DNA of 64,000 bases from Oikopleura dioica (taxonomy: Eukaryota; Animalia; Chordata). The translations under genes were made by a program, and so were the position numbers. Below, one piece after another: positions 47,256-58,185 of this stretch. Position 1 is the stretch's first letter, and each line of letters begins with the position of its first letter. The DNA lies in assembly GCA_907165135.1 (NCBI GenBank), contig OU015568.1, positions 6,014,001 to 6,078,000 of the forward strand, in the 5' to 3' direction. Under the pieces are notes generated by a model that saw only the letters and a list, made by a program, of their open reading frames with translations, was not told where the DNA came from and did no database searches.

Positions 47256-47509
47256 TTTTAATCCACTTAGTAAGTTTTCCGGTCTTTTTCAGTCTCTTAC
47301 TTATTTAATTTTTATTCAATAAAAATTTTCATGTCTCAGCGCATCAAAAGCAAAGAATTTGTCATTTTTTCGTTGTTTAGCAGATGTTGCAGAATGGGAA
47401 ACAGTGAGAAACAAGAGTGTGTTTGTGCGATAAGTGGCAGTGTAGAATAAATGTTTCTAAAATGGATTTGTCAGGTGGGATTAAGGCGAGTGAGTTGAAT
47501 TCGTTGAAC

Positions 47510-48545
47510 TAGTTAATTGTGATTGACGCGGATAGTGTATCCGTGTCGGGCGACGACATCCTCGGATTCTAGAGCCTTTTCATGGTTCAAAAGATATTTC
47601 AGAAATTTTCAGCTACAGTTAAGTCCTGAACAGCAAGATCAAACTGTTGGGTCGTAATTGCTTTATCAGTAAATCGTCTCCAAATGCTAAGAAGTACGAT
47701 TGCCTTGATAGTCTGTCCTTGAACCTCTCTTTCGATCACAACATTGAGCGCGTTCTTGTGCTCTTCTTGCTGGGCACGCGCGTGGGCGGAAATTCCAGTG
47801 GTCTGAAATGCAATTTTTAGGTTTTGAAATCAAGGAAGACTTTCTTACCAAATGGAGATATCGATTGCGCCAGTTTTTGGATCCATGATGGACTGCTTCA
47901 GTGCCTCTCGGTAGAGCCGAACAGCTTCTTCTACGTCCATTTTGTCGACGACATCCGAAAGACGAGCCTTCGCATGGGCCTCGGAAAGTCGAATGAGTGA
48001 TTCTAGTTGACGCGGGTAAGCGCAAATTGCTTTTCTATTCGCTCCGACTTGTCGCATTTTGATGTAAGAATTGACAAGCTCTGTTTTTGCCTCTACATTA
48101 AGCACTGGTTTGACCATGGCTCGGGCGTAACCGAGGTAGTCTCTCAGCAACTTTTGGTCGAGATGTTGTTGATCATCGTTCATCACATCTTTTCTGTCGG
48201 TATGATACAGTGAGACCAAATATGCGGCGAGTTTTCGATCGTAAGCTTCGTCCTTTGGATCGAGCACCAAAAAGATTAGATCGAAACGCGACATGAGCGT
48301 GTGCGGCAATTGGATGTCTTCCACGATTGTTTTGTTTGCGTTCCAAGCTGATTCGACGGGATTGGCAGCGGCGAGGACAGATGTACGAGCGTTGGGGCGA
48401 CAAATGATGCCTGCTTTGGCGACGGATAAAGTGCAGAATTCCATTACTTCGTGGAGGACGGAGCGAGTAGACTCAGTCATCTTGTCAAACTCGTTAATGC
48501 AGCAGATACCGTTGTCGGAAAGAACAAGAGCTCCAGGGCCTGGAG
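47510..48545 (-). pseudogene. MCM4: MCM4 C-terminal half (AAA+ core from pre-Walker B onward), 5'-truncated
   Basis: [19 protein letters not shown]...SVAKAGIIC...[12 protein letters not shown]...[13 protein letters not shown]...[17 protein letters not shown]...[11 protein letters not shown]. Walker B reads INE rather than IDE. Confidence 0.92.
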
Positions 48546-48559
48546 TCCAGGCTATTAAA

Positions 48560-50170
48560 GGGATATTCGTCTCTGGATCGTTTTTGGCAGTCGCAGGGTT
48601 TCTCACTGAAGTACTTTTGTCACTGATTGTTGAGATCTGGGTCAGATTCTTGCGTCAGATGTTCATGGTTTTCTGTCACTTTTACAGGCCTCGACTGCTT
48701 CTTACTGAAATAGAAAGCTTCAAAATATGCTTCAGAGAAAGATAAACCTGTAAAGCTCTATTGTCTTTGCGTAGTAGCGGTACATAAATTCTGGATTCAT
48801 CCATTGAGCAGCAAGAGCATTGGCATTAAAAGCAATTTGGCGAGGTTTATCGTTATTGTTTCTCGCCCATTCGATTTTCTCTCGAAGGTCGGATAGATCT
48901 TCTTTAATTGGAATGAAGTGCTAGAAATAATCAAACGAGAGAAATTTGCTTCAAGCGCTTACCACCCATGGCTTCATATATCTATACCACCACTCGTAAT
49001 TCATCGACTTTTGCTTAAGAATCACCGAGTCCATTTGCATCAACAATGCTGTTCGATAAGGCGCAACAGTGCCATCCACAAGGACTTGATACTTAAACTT
49101 CCCCATGTCAGGATAGGACACGTGTTTCACTTGCTCGCCATATTTCTTCGGGTCTTGACCTTTTTTATTGTGCAGATTCCTCGTCAGTCTGGCGTCGACG
49201 TCCTCAGGATGTTTCATCGAAAGTTCACAAAGTGTTAGGCGGGAAGGATTCGAATCTCGTCCGCGGAAGTAGCCCCGTTCTATCTCATCCTCCCAAGGAA
49301 CAACTTCCCCTACGAAAGAAGAAAAGATTAGAATGTTTCATGGATGATTTGATCTCCGAAATTTTAGACGCGATTCAGAAACCTGAATTTTCACCTGATA
49401 TCTGTTCAACGTATTGAATGTCTTTCCTCTCTCGAAACAAGGCATGCCTCGTGTTCTTGGTCTGATCCCATGTCGGAAGCGCAATGTCTGTCGTGTTATC
49501 GGATCCGCACCATGTCAAAATCGGCTCAAAAGTTCTTGATCTTTGATGACAACATGAGCAGTCGCTTCACCGTGTCCTCCCGCTGCCCATTTCCTTTCCT
49601 TCTTTTCTTCCTTTTTCCATCTTTGTAAAGTCGGTCTAGATCAATTTCGCCAAACTGGGCCAAATCTTCATCCAGCTCCTCGAAGTTCGAAGGACAATCG
49701 AATTCTTTGCAGAACTGCTCCAAGGTTGAGGGGCAGTAACAAGACTCGTCGTAGATTGGCTCGGGAAGAATTTCTGAAAAGAAAAAGATAATTTTATTTG
49801 AAGTCACGTTTTATGATCGTACTTCTCAAAACTAGCTGTTTGTTGTACCGCACATTTATTATAAATTTAATTATAAATTTATTATAATGCCATTTGGAGC
49901 GGATCCGCGCATCCGATATCTGAAGAAGATCGACCCGTCAAACTTGAAGCCAATCTCCTTCTCGACTTTCACGTCGGCGTTTTTTTTGCCAGCATCTCCC
50001 ACTTAATGTCATCTTTCTTCTTTCTCTGTTCTTCGTCTTTTTGTTGTCTGAAAATTTTTCTTTTTCTCAAGTCAAATACAATTTTTCATCGCGAGAAAGA
50101 CTTTCCAAAAAACAAACTATAATCGGAAGATACCTCGATTGATAGTATGAACCCATCCCGCTTCTTGGAC
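48560..50170 (-). pseudogene. CAP10-domain protein O-glucosyltransferase (POGLUT2/3, KDELC-like) with internal deletion
   Basis: YDESCYCP, WCGSD...DIALPTWD, YFRGRDSNPSR, KFKYQVLVDGTVAPYR, HFIPIKEDLSDL, C-terminal [11 protein letters not shown]. Confidence 0.85.
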
Positions 50171-51676
50171 GGTTCTGCTCGTAACGTTTTTACCAGTTAG
50201 AAAGATACAGTAATAACGAACGCTTATCATGTTATATTTTTTCCGCGGCAGTGACGCTTCGAAAAACTATAATTTACAAACTTATTCTTCGATACCGTAG
50301 TTTCGTTTTTATTCAATATCCACAAGGGCATTTCGCACAGTGACTTGTTGAAATATTACCAAATTGCCAAAAAACTTGCATCATTCCAGAAAGGGTTGAT
50401 TTTTTCCTAAAAGCTTCATCTTCTCACTCCTTGTTTTTCCACAGCTGTATTTTTCCTGTACCTCTTTTTCCACGAAGTAATCCAGCAAAAACAGGCCGTA
50501 TAACATCTTACTCAAAATAAAAAACACAAAATAAAAAATTCTCTATGCAAAGAAGACTACCTCTACAAACGTTTCCACATTTTTTTGACCAACAGAAATC
50601 AGAAATTTCAGCAAAATTGGGACTTTTTCGTCATTTTTCGTTAAAAAGTCCGATTTTCAAACGCGATTTTGAGGGTGTTAGAGTCGAGATAGACCCCCAA
50701 AAAAAGAAGCCTCAAAATCGTCTTTTGACCTATAGAATCCATTTCCGGGGTCAAAATTATGAGATTCCGAAAATAGATTTTTCGAAAATTGTTGACGGGG
50801 AGGTCCTTAATTGACGTCTAATCAACTTATTGAAAATAATTACGAAAAGAAACGGGAGTATGTCTTAATTGAAGCCATTTCCTAGAGCGAGTAAAAACCA
50901 AAAATCGTTTTTAGGAGGTATTACCTTAAAGCTCACCGCTGGTTAGCCATAATGACGTTGTGTAATTCGAACATTGCAGTTTTTTGAAGGTACTTAAAAA
51001 TGAGCTGGAGCTTACCTCACCTGTTTCCGGGCTGACCAGTTTAGAGGGACACACATTTTTAGACAAAAATCTTTTCCGACATAATGACAAAAAATTTGAA
51101 GATTTTAAATATTATCAGCCCCCTCCTATTTCCAGATACGTCGTTGAAATCATAGCCTCTATTTCTTTTTCTTCTTATTCTTCGGATCTTTGACGATGAT
51201 GAATCTATGTATTCTAATTTATTAAAATATGCAATGGCCTTAAAAAAAGTGTGTATGAAAAGATATGCTGCGTTTCTATCGTCACTTCCAATATCAATCA
51301 GAATAGCTGATTAGACTGTGGATTAGATTAAGCCACGGACGGCTTAACTCCTTTACCAGGAAAATAATTGCACAAGAACGAAAAATCACTGGCCGTCAAC
51401 AATAAGCCGTTCTATTGAAAATAAAGGGTCTGGAATTTGACTCTGGAAATGAACGATCCGCGCTCCGCAAGAACCTATTTCTCACGAGGCCGTAAAATCT
51501 GAACGGATCGAGATTTTTTCGAGATTTAAACAGATTCGGAAACCTCAAAGTCTCTTCTATAAACTGATCGAAAATTAAAACAATTTTCAAACAGGAACAA
51601 TGTGAAAAGTGCCAGTTTCTTTCAAATGACATTTTCTCCATAATTTCTCATCCAAATTTTTTGAAAATTAGACTGT

Positions 51677-51932
51677 TATTGGGATCTTAGATTCGTTAGA
51701 CTCCCTCGTCCCCTAAGGTCACTTGCTTATCTAGATCGAGCTTTGCTCGGTCGCCGCCGTGTATTTCTCTCCATTCGGTAATTCACGCAGTTCGTGAATT
51801 AACCTCTATTTTACTCCAGCTCGAAATACAGACGTCAAAGATACTTTACTCGTTTTCTTCACTCGTCCAGATATAGAGAGCAGGCAAACTACGCTAGAAG
51901 TGGGAGATTCAGCAGAAGCTAGGATCCCTTCA
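51677..51932 (+). repeat. 5' LTR of copy B (TATTGGG...CCCTTCA)
   Basis: Matches 57930-58185. Confidence 0.96.
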
Positions 51933-51933
51933 G

Positions 51934-51971
51934 TGGTGTCAGAAGCTAGGATCCCTTCAGTGGTATCAGAG
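51934..51971 (+). promoter_or_regulatory. Duplicated primer binding site (TGGTGTCAGAAG...TGGTATCAGAG)
   Basis: 27-nt tandem duplication of the PBS start plus LTR end (51933-51959), absent in copy A. Confidence 0.8.
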
Positions 51972-52475
51972 TAGTCCCGTTGGAGAAAAGGTAAATTTTC
52001 CGCCATCGACAACCGAAGTTTCGCAACTTGGACGCTGATTGGCCGTCAGCGGAGTCGAGGGGAACCGAATCACCAACCGCCACCGCGCCGCCGGAGAAAC
52101 TCCACTCAGAGAATTTTCCGCGCCGCACCACACCAACACCACCCCGAGCGAGCGCCACCACACGAGCGCCACCACGACCCACGCGCCGAAAGTCGCGCCC
52201 ACGCAACCACGCACGCACGCCGGGGAAAACCTAAAATACTGAGAAAAACATAATTCTTTCGCCACTTTTCACCAAAAATCGAGAGAAGTTTACGAAGAAT
52301 CGACCCTTGGACCAGACCTTGAAATTTCGACAATCGCTGGACAGAGAAATCGTCGGGCGTTTGCGCAAAAAGGCACCTCAGCTCATCATATTGCGACTTT
52401 TAGTCGCAGTATTTTCTGAGGGCCTGAAAGGTAATCCAAGGCCCATAAACCCTTACTGCCGATATATTTCGAGCT

Positions 52476-53461
52476 ATGGCGGCGAACAAATCACTGCTAG
52501 AAACCGTCACCGAAATAAGAAGCATAAACGATCGAGTAAACTACCTCGAAGAACAAGTGCGAAATGACGAATCACTAAAGCCAAGCCTAGAGCCCTTGAT
52601 CACAGAAAGCAGAGTAAAATTAGAACAGCTCAGTACAACGCTTCTTACCTGCGAGCTCGATCAAGGAAAAGACTCTACGAATGCGACAATGAGAGAAGAA
52701 GCATGGGTGGCCACTACCTGGTCTCGTCACGTCCAAGACTTGCCGAAGCTGGACGCCGCATGCAACACATCTTTCAACACCTTCTTGGGCAGAGCCGACA
52801 TTTATCACCGCGCCTACGTCCGCGACAGACCTTCACGTGAACAGCCTTTCATCGCAGCAGTGTACAGCCACTTCGACTTGAACATCGAACGCTCACTTGG
52901 AACCGAATTTCTGAATTGTCAAGACTGGAAATCGGCCAAGGCGCTGCTAGAGAAATCATTCGCCGCGAAGAGTCACTACTTACTGAAGCTAAGCGAAGTT
53001 TTCGACGTCGAATACGACCATTCGAAGCCGTTTGCACACTACACCGCCAACGTCTTGCAAAAGATGAACGAGGCGAAGCAAGCGACTTTGAACTCTTACC
53101 GACAAGAGAAGTCAGCCGACGCCGGGGTCGATGAAATATTTGACATATTCTCGACGATGATGCTGTACTTGAATCTTAGGAAAGAAGAACCAGACGTTTT
53201 CAACGCAATCCTTCCAAGCCTATCAAAAGTTTACGATATCAACGAACTCTGCCGTCTCGCCCAATCCACAAGACAGAATCGAGTTGACAGCGCGACCGTC
53301 TCCCAGCACTTCAACAGAAATAAGAACAAAAGAAGAAGAATGCTAAGCGCGCCAGCAACGATTCTAAGGATGGGAAAGACGATAAACAACCAGAATCCAA
53401 GAAGATAAATACGACTAAGAACGTTGAAGATTTCCAACCATTCGACGTTCACTTTTACACA
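52476..53461 (+). CDS. gag: Gag; 1-nt deletion in an A-run near 53330 relative to copy A
   Basis: 310-aa ORF; copy A has acaaaaagaag where copy B has acaaaagaag. Confidence 0.88.
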
Positions 53462-55963
53462 GTGAAGAAGAAGCGACCAGGAAAGGCTTATTTCGCTTCG
53501 GCTACCATCATTACGGGCTCTAAAAGTTTTGACGTATCGATGGAAGTCGACAGCGGAGCCGAGTCCTCCTGTCTGTCCGCTGCTTACGTTCCCGACGAAT
53601 TTCTCCAGATGCTGAAGCCCTGTCCCTTCAAGGTCACCGGTTTCAGCCCAAATATTCCCGCCGAGCAGCCGATGGGTATCCTTCCCTGCCGCTTATCATT
53701 CAATGGTGGCCCTGCATTCTCCCTGAATCTCACCATTATGCCAGGCAGTAAATACCCAAGTCTACTGGGCCGCGATATACTAGAGAATGCGATGACGGAC
53801 AGCTTCACAGTCGACAATAAGAATCGTACTCTCTCATTTTGCTACAACGAAGCCTTCACACAAACTGAGACTCAAGTGGTGAAGCTGGACGGAGTGAAGC
53901 GGACCAAAATCAAGAAATACTTGACTACTAGATCAGCGGTCAAGGATAGCGATCGATCCCGCACTCAACCGCCACCAAAAGTCCCAAAGCTGGACGCACC
54001 TAACAAGAACGCAGCCAGGTGCCCCATTCAGCTAGCGAAGCAAAAACTCGGAATTACCCTACCAGCAAACGCCGACCCGGGGCAAAAGAAGGTGGTCGCC
54101 GAGCTGTGTTTGGATTTCGACGACAGATTCGGCTGCGACGGTCAAAAAATGGGTGAATTCCCATTCGAGATCGAAATCCCGACTGATGGTACGAGTCGAA
54201 ACATCAGTCAACACCCTATTCCGCAAGCTTTTCATGGCCAGGTCACTGATCACATCTCCGAACTGCTCGATACGAAAATAATAGAAGAGATCAAGGACCA
54301 GAAAGGGTTTAATAGCCCCGTTCTGCCAATCCCTAAGAAATCTGGGGAAATGCGCTTCTGCATCAACTACAAGAACAGCTTGAACAAATGCCTCTCCGAC
54401 AAATCCGACCCATATCATCTTCCGAGCATGGAGGATACGATCGCGAACATTGGACCGGGCAACAAGTATTTCGCCACAGTTGATTTGCGGAGCGGATATT
54501 GGCAGTGCCCTATTAAGAAAAGCGATAGGTATAAGACTTCCTTCCAGTGGGGTGGGAAATCTTACGCCTTCTGCAGATTACCTTTCGGTTATCGATGCTC
54601 GGGGAATATATTCTCGCGCGTCGTAAACACGATTCTCGACTCAAGCCCCACCAGGAAGAAGATGCTTTCTTATATCGATGACATAGTATGTTTTGGGAAG
54701 TCTTTCAGCTGCTATTACAACACTCTCCGAAACCTATTCATCGCGCTCCGCAAGTTTAACGCTAAACTCAAGGGCGAAAAGTGCTCTTTCCTACAATCAG
54801 AAGCTCACTTTTTGGGCCGAATCATCAACGAAGAAGGAATCAAACCGGACCCTGCGCAAGTCTCCGCCCTTCGTCAGATGAAACCCCCACGCTCCCAAAA
54901 GGAGTTAGCTTCATTAATCGGGTCATTGAATTGGATCCGAGGTTTTCTAGAAACAAAAATGGGCGAAGCTATTTCATCCGGTTGCTTCTCGAGCAGAATG
55001 AAACCCATAAACGATGTTCGAAATTCGGCGAACGAAACAAATTGTTTCAAGTGGACCAAAGAAGCGGATTTGGCGCTCAAGGAAATTCAACGACGACTCT
55101 CCGAGACTCCTGTCATAAGCTTTCCTAACTTTGACGAGTCTTTTCACCTCTACACAGACGCGAGCCTGTACGCAGCGGGTGGTGTTCTGCTACAAGAGTA
55201 TGGCGGGAGAGTGCACCTAGTAAGCGCGATTTCCCACACCTTCAACAAAGCTGAAAGAAAATGGAACACTTCAGAAAAGGAAATGTTTAGCATTGTCTGG
55301 TGCTGCGAGCGACTGGAAAAGCTCCTGAAAGGTAGATTCTTTCAGATTCACACAGACCACAGATCTTTGATCTTCCTACACAAAAAGAAGTTCAAGAATT
55401 CTAAAATAAGCCGATGGCAAAGCCGATTGGAAGAATTCGATTTTCACATTGTCTACATCAAGGGATCAGAAAATCAATTCGCCGATTTTATGAGCCGCAG
55501 ACCTGGCGAGGACGACAAATCACTTGGATACGACTCTGAGTTTCCCGTTGGTCGCGAGTACGAAATCGACAAGAATTCACCAGTACGTGTCTTCGTCCCT
55601 TTCTGGAACGAAAATCAGTTTCCGGAGAAAATCACTTTATCAGAGGTGAAGATACATAAGGTAAACGTCAAGGCTATCGCGGCGCCAATGGAGATTCCGT
55701 TGGTGTCAGCGAATTATAATAACATTCTGGACTATCAAAGGGAGGACTCTGCTCTGAGTGCAATCATCACTTTTCTGGAATCTGGTAAGGAGCCACTGGA
55801 CATAAAATCGCTGGTGAAGGACTCCGACCACCGACAATCGTCTCTACTCAAGATGGAAAAAGCTCTGTTCCTGGATAACACTACCGGGTGCTTGATGTGT
55901 CAATTCAAATCTGGCGCGCGGGCGGTGGTACCGGAAGCGGTAAAAGTCACTTTCTCTTTCTAG
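53462..55963 (+). CDS. pol: Pol: aspartic protease, reverse transcriptase, RNase H
   Basis: VDSGA; FNSP...MRFCINY; TVDLRSGYWQ; LPFG; YIDDIV; LYTDAS; HTDH; ADFMSR. Confidence 0.97.
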   Translation: MKKKRPGKAYFASATIITGSKSFDVSMEVDSGAESSCLSAAYVPDEFLQMLKPCPFKVTGFSPNIPAEQPMGILPCRLSFNGGPAFSLNLTIMPGSKYPSLLGRDILENAMTDSFTVDNKNRTLSFCYNEAFTQTETQVVKLDGVKRTKIKKYLTTRSAVKDSDRSRTQPPPKVPKLDAPNKNAARCPIQLAKQKLGITLPANADPGQKKVVAELCLDFDDRFGCDGQKMGEFPFEIEIPTDGTSRNISQHPIPQAFHGQVTDHISELLDTKIIEEIKDQKGFNSPVLPIPKKSGEMRFCINYKNSLNKCLSDKSDPYHLPSMEDTIANIGPGNKYFATVDLRSGYWQCPIKKSDRYKTSFQWGGKSYAFCRLPFGYRCSGNIFSRVVNTILDSSPTRKKMLSYIDDIVCFGKSFSCYYNTLRNLFIALRKFNAKLKGEKCSFLQSEAHFLGRIINEEGIKPDPAQVSALRQMKPPRSQKELASLIGSLNWIRGFLETKMGEAISSGCFSSRMKPINDVRNSANETNCFKWTKEADLALKEIQRRLSETPVISFPNFDESFHLYTDASLYAAGGVLLQEYGGRVHLVSAISHTFNKAERKWNTSEKEMFSIVWCCERLEKLLKGRFFQIHTDHRSLIFLHKKKFKNSKISRWQSRLEEFDFHIVYIKGSENQFADFMSRRPGEDDKSLGYDSEFPVGREYEIDKNSPVRVFVPFWNENQFPEKITLSEVKIHKVNVKAIAAPMEIPLVSANYNNILDYQREDSALSAIITFLESGKEPLDIKSLVKDSDHRQSSLLKMEKALFLDNTTGCLMCQFKSGARAVVPEAVKVTFSF

Positions 55964-57075
55964 CTCACGACTTGTCCGGTCATCTGGGCGAGCCGCGGAC
56001 TTTAGAGCGATTAGAGGACGTTTGGTGGCCTTCATTTCAAGACGATGTTTCTAACTACGTCCACAGCTGCGTCCCTTGCCTACGCAGAAAAGGATCTGCT
56101 GGAACTCGTACCAAACCGCCACTTGGAACCCTTCGTCGTGGAAAAACAGCTGGCGAATCGATTCAGATCGATTTCGCTTGTATGCCTCCCGCTGGCGGAT
56201 TCAAGTATTATTTGGTGGTGGCGGACACTTTCTCTCGCTACACTTGGTGCATTCCGACGCGGTCCGACACTGCTATCTGCGCTGCAAAAGCGCTCATCTA
56301 CAAGGTCTTCCTTCCCATGGATTTCTTGCCGAAACATCTACACAGTGACAGAGGTACCCACTTCTGCGCAAGCGTGATTGACGAAATGTGTAAGCTTAAC
56401 CAGATAAAACATACAATAAGTACCGCATTTCACCCTCAATCAAACGCTTTCGCAGAAAGAGCGAATCGGACTATCAAAAACAGTCTATTCTGCATGGTCA
56501 ACTCATCTTCCGGTCGAAAAACTTGGGCCGACTGCGTTCCCCACGTGATGCGCGCGCTCAATAGTGTGAAAAACAAAAGCACGAAAATTTCACCGCGAGA
56601 AGTTTGGTTTGGCCGAAAAAGTACTTTCACCCACTCTACTGGCGCAGAAATGACAGCGGAAACACCTCAGGTGTTTGGTCTCAATGTTGGAGCTTTAGCG
56701 AAATCGGCGGAAGCCATTGTGAAAACTGCGATGGAAGCTGCTGACCGAGCCATGGAGCACAGGCTGAAAAACGAGCCTAAGCCGAGACCAATCCCGCTGG
56801 CGCTGTCGTGTACATTAAGCGAGAAAACCTGACCGACGCTAAAAGCAAGAAGGAACGCTGGGTAGGTCCCCTGAAAGCCGTTTCGAGCAACGACTGGGTC
56901 GTCATGGTCGAAGATAAAGGACAACGTGATTTCATCCATCGAGAACACGTGGTTCACGCCGCAGAACGAAATCACGACTTACGCTGGATTGATTACTACG
57001 AGGCCGAGTACGTATTCCCACATTTAACCGAAATCGTTAAGTCGAAAGTCCCACAAAAATCGCCTGTTCCTACTT
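55930..57075 (+). CDS. Integrase (HHCC, DDE, GPY/F-like), broken by -1 frameshifts near 55945 and 56795
   Basis: AHDLSGHLG...CVPC; QIDF; HSDRGTHF; AERANRTIK; VVYIKR...RWVGPLK. Confidence 0.93.
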
Positions 57076-57622
57076 CCAAACCGATGGAAAAGTCCGGGTC
57101 GAAGTCGCATGGGGGAGGAAATCTTCTCAGGTCGCGTCGACTCCGATGGTTGCTATGGAAAAACCGCCAAGATCATCTCTATCACCTATTTTGGAAAGTA
57201 GACGCCGATTGGACATGGAAAATCTGGGAGATACAACCGCTACATCTATTTTGGACTCGTCGGTAGCTCCAGCCGAGCCGTCAGATCGCTGGTACTCTGG
57301 TGGTACTCTTTATGAAACTGCCGAGGACATGTCAGCTGATGCTACAGCGATTTCGGAGGTTGCTGCGCCCGACAATAGCCATATGTCAGTCGATAAACAA
57401 AATTCAACAGTAGTTGAGGGCTCAGCAACTGAAAACAGCAAGAAAAGAACCCGTCCAAAGTCTTCACCAGATCGTCAATACTCAGCCGGCGCCGATCCGA
57501 ATGCGACTTTAACCGAAGTTGGAGCAGCTCATCTCCCGAAACATACAAAACGAGCACACCGTGAAACGAGGCCCGTCGAACCTCTAAACATCGGCACAAA
57601 CTCGGGTCAGTCATACGACTAA
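57075..57622 (+). CDS. Low-complexity C-terminal extension of the integrase (after a further -1 shift)
   Basis: Ser/Thr/Pro/acidic ORF ending 300 bp before the PPT; no chromodomain or env motifs seen. Confidence 0.55.
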
Positions 57623-57923
57623 GCGCAAGTACTGCCCCACTCAGGTCCCCTATTCATCGACCGGGGCCTGAAAAGGTACGGAAATTATCACAGTTTACCG
57701 TCGCCGACGTATTTTGAGTTCTTCTACATGTGCAGCTACTCCTTCATGTCATCACCGCTCGGACATCACGAAAACTTCGCATCTGATTCAAGCTTTTTCC
57801 CAAAAAGGGTTTTTAACGCGAATCAGACTGCCTCGACGTTTCGAACCTGCCATGTTACTCATCTTACGCTTATACTCCTGCAAAAATCACACACTTTGGC
57901 CTTAGAGGACGTTTCAGTCTCAT

Positions 57924-57929
57924 GGGGGG
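57924..57929 (+). promoter_or_regulatory. Polypurine tract (GGGGGG) abutting the 3' LTR
   Basis: catGGGGGG|TATTGGG. Confidence 0.75.
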
Positions 57930-58185
57930 TATTGGGATCTTAGATTCGTTAGACTCCCTCGTCCCCTAAGGTCACTTGCTTATCTAGATCGAGCTTTGCT
58001 CGGTCGCCGCCGTGTATTTCTCTCCATTCGGTAATTCACGCAGTTCGTGAATTAACCTCTATTTTACTCCAGCTCGAAATACAGACGTCAAAGATACTTT
58101 ACTCGTTTTCTTCACTCGTCCAGATATAGAGAGCAGGCAAACTACGCTAGAAGTGGGAGATTCAGCAGAAGCTAGGATCCCTTCA
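57930..58185 (+). repeat. 3' LTR of copy B
   Basis: Matches the 5' LTR. Confidence 0.96.

Larger units (their letters stand above)
51677..58185 (+). mobile_element. Full-length Ty3/gypsy (Tor-like) LTR retrotransposon, copy B, 6509 bp, TSD CTGT
   Basis: Two 256-bp LTRs, identical by eye; PBS; PPT; gag-PR-RT-RNH-IN order; CTGT at 51673-51676 and 58186-58189. Confidence 0.97.

Noticed and set aside
51961-51971. Plant-type initiator-Met PBS (TGGTATCAGAG) implying horizontal origin
   Set aside because: It differs by one base from the Leu-type PBS present in copy A and 27 nt upstream in the same copy, so a point variant is the simpler explanation.
53320-53470. Programmed ribosomal frameshift between gag and pol
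   Set aside because: Copy A is in frame at this point; copy B simply lacks one A in a run.
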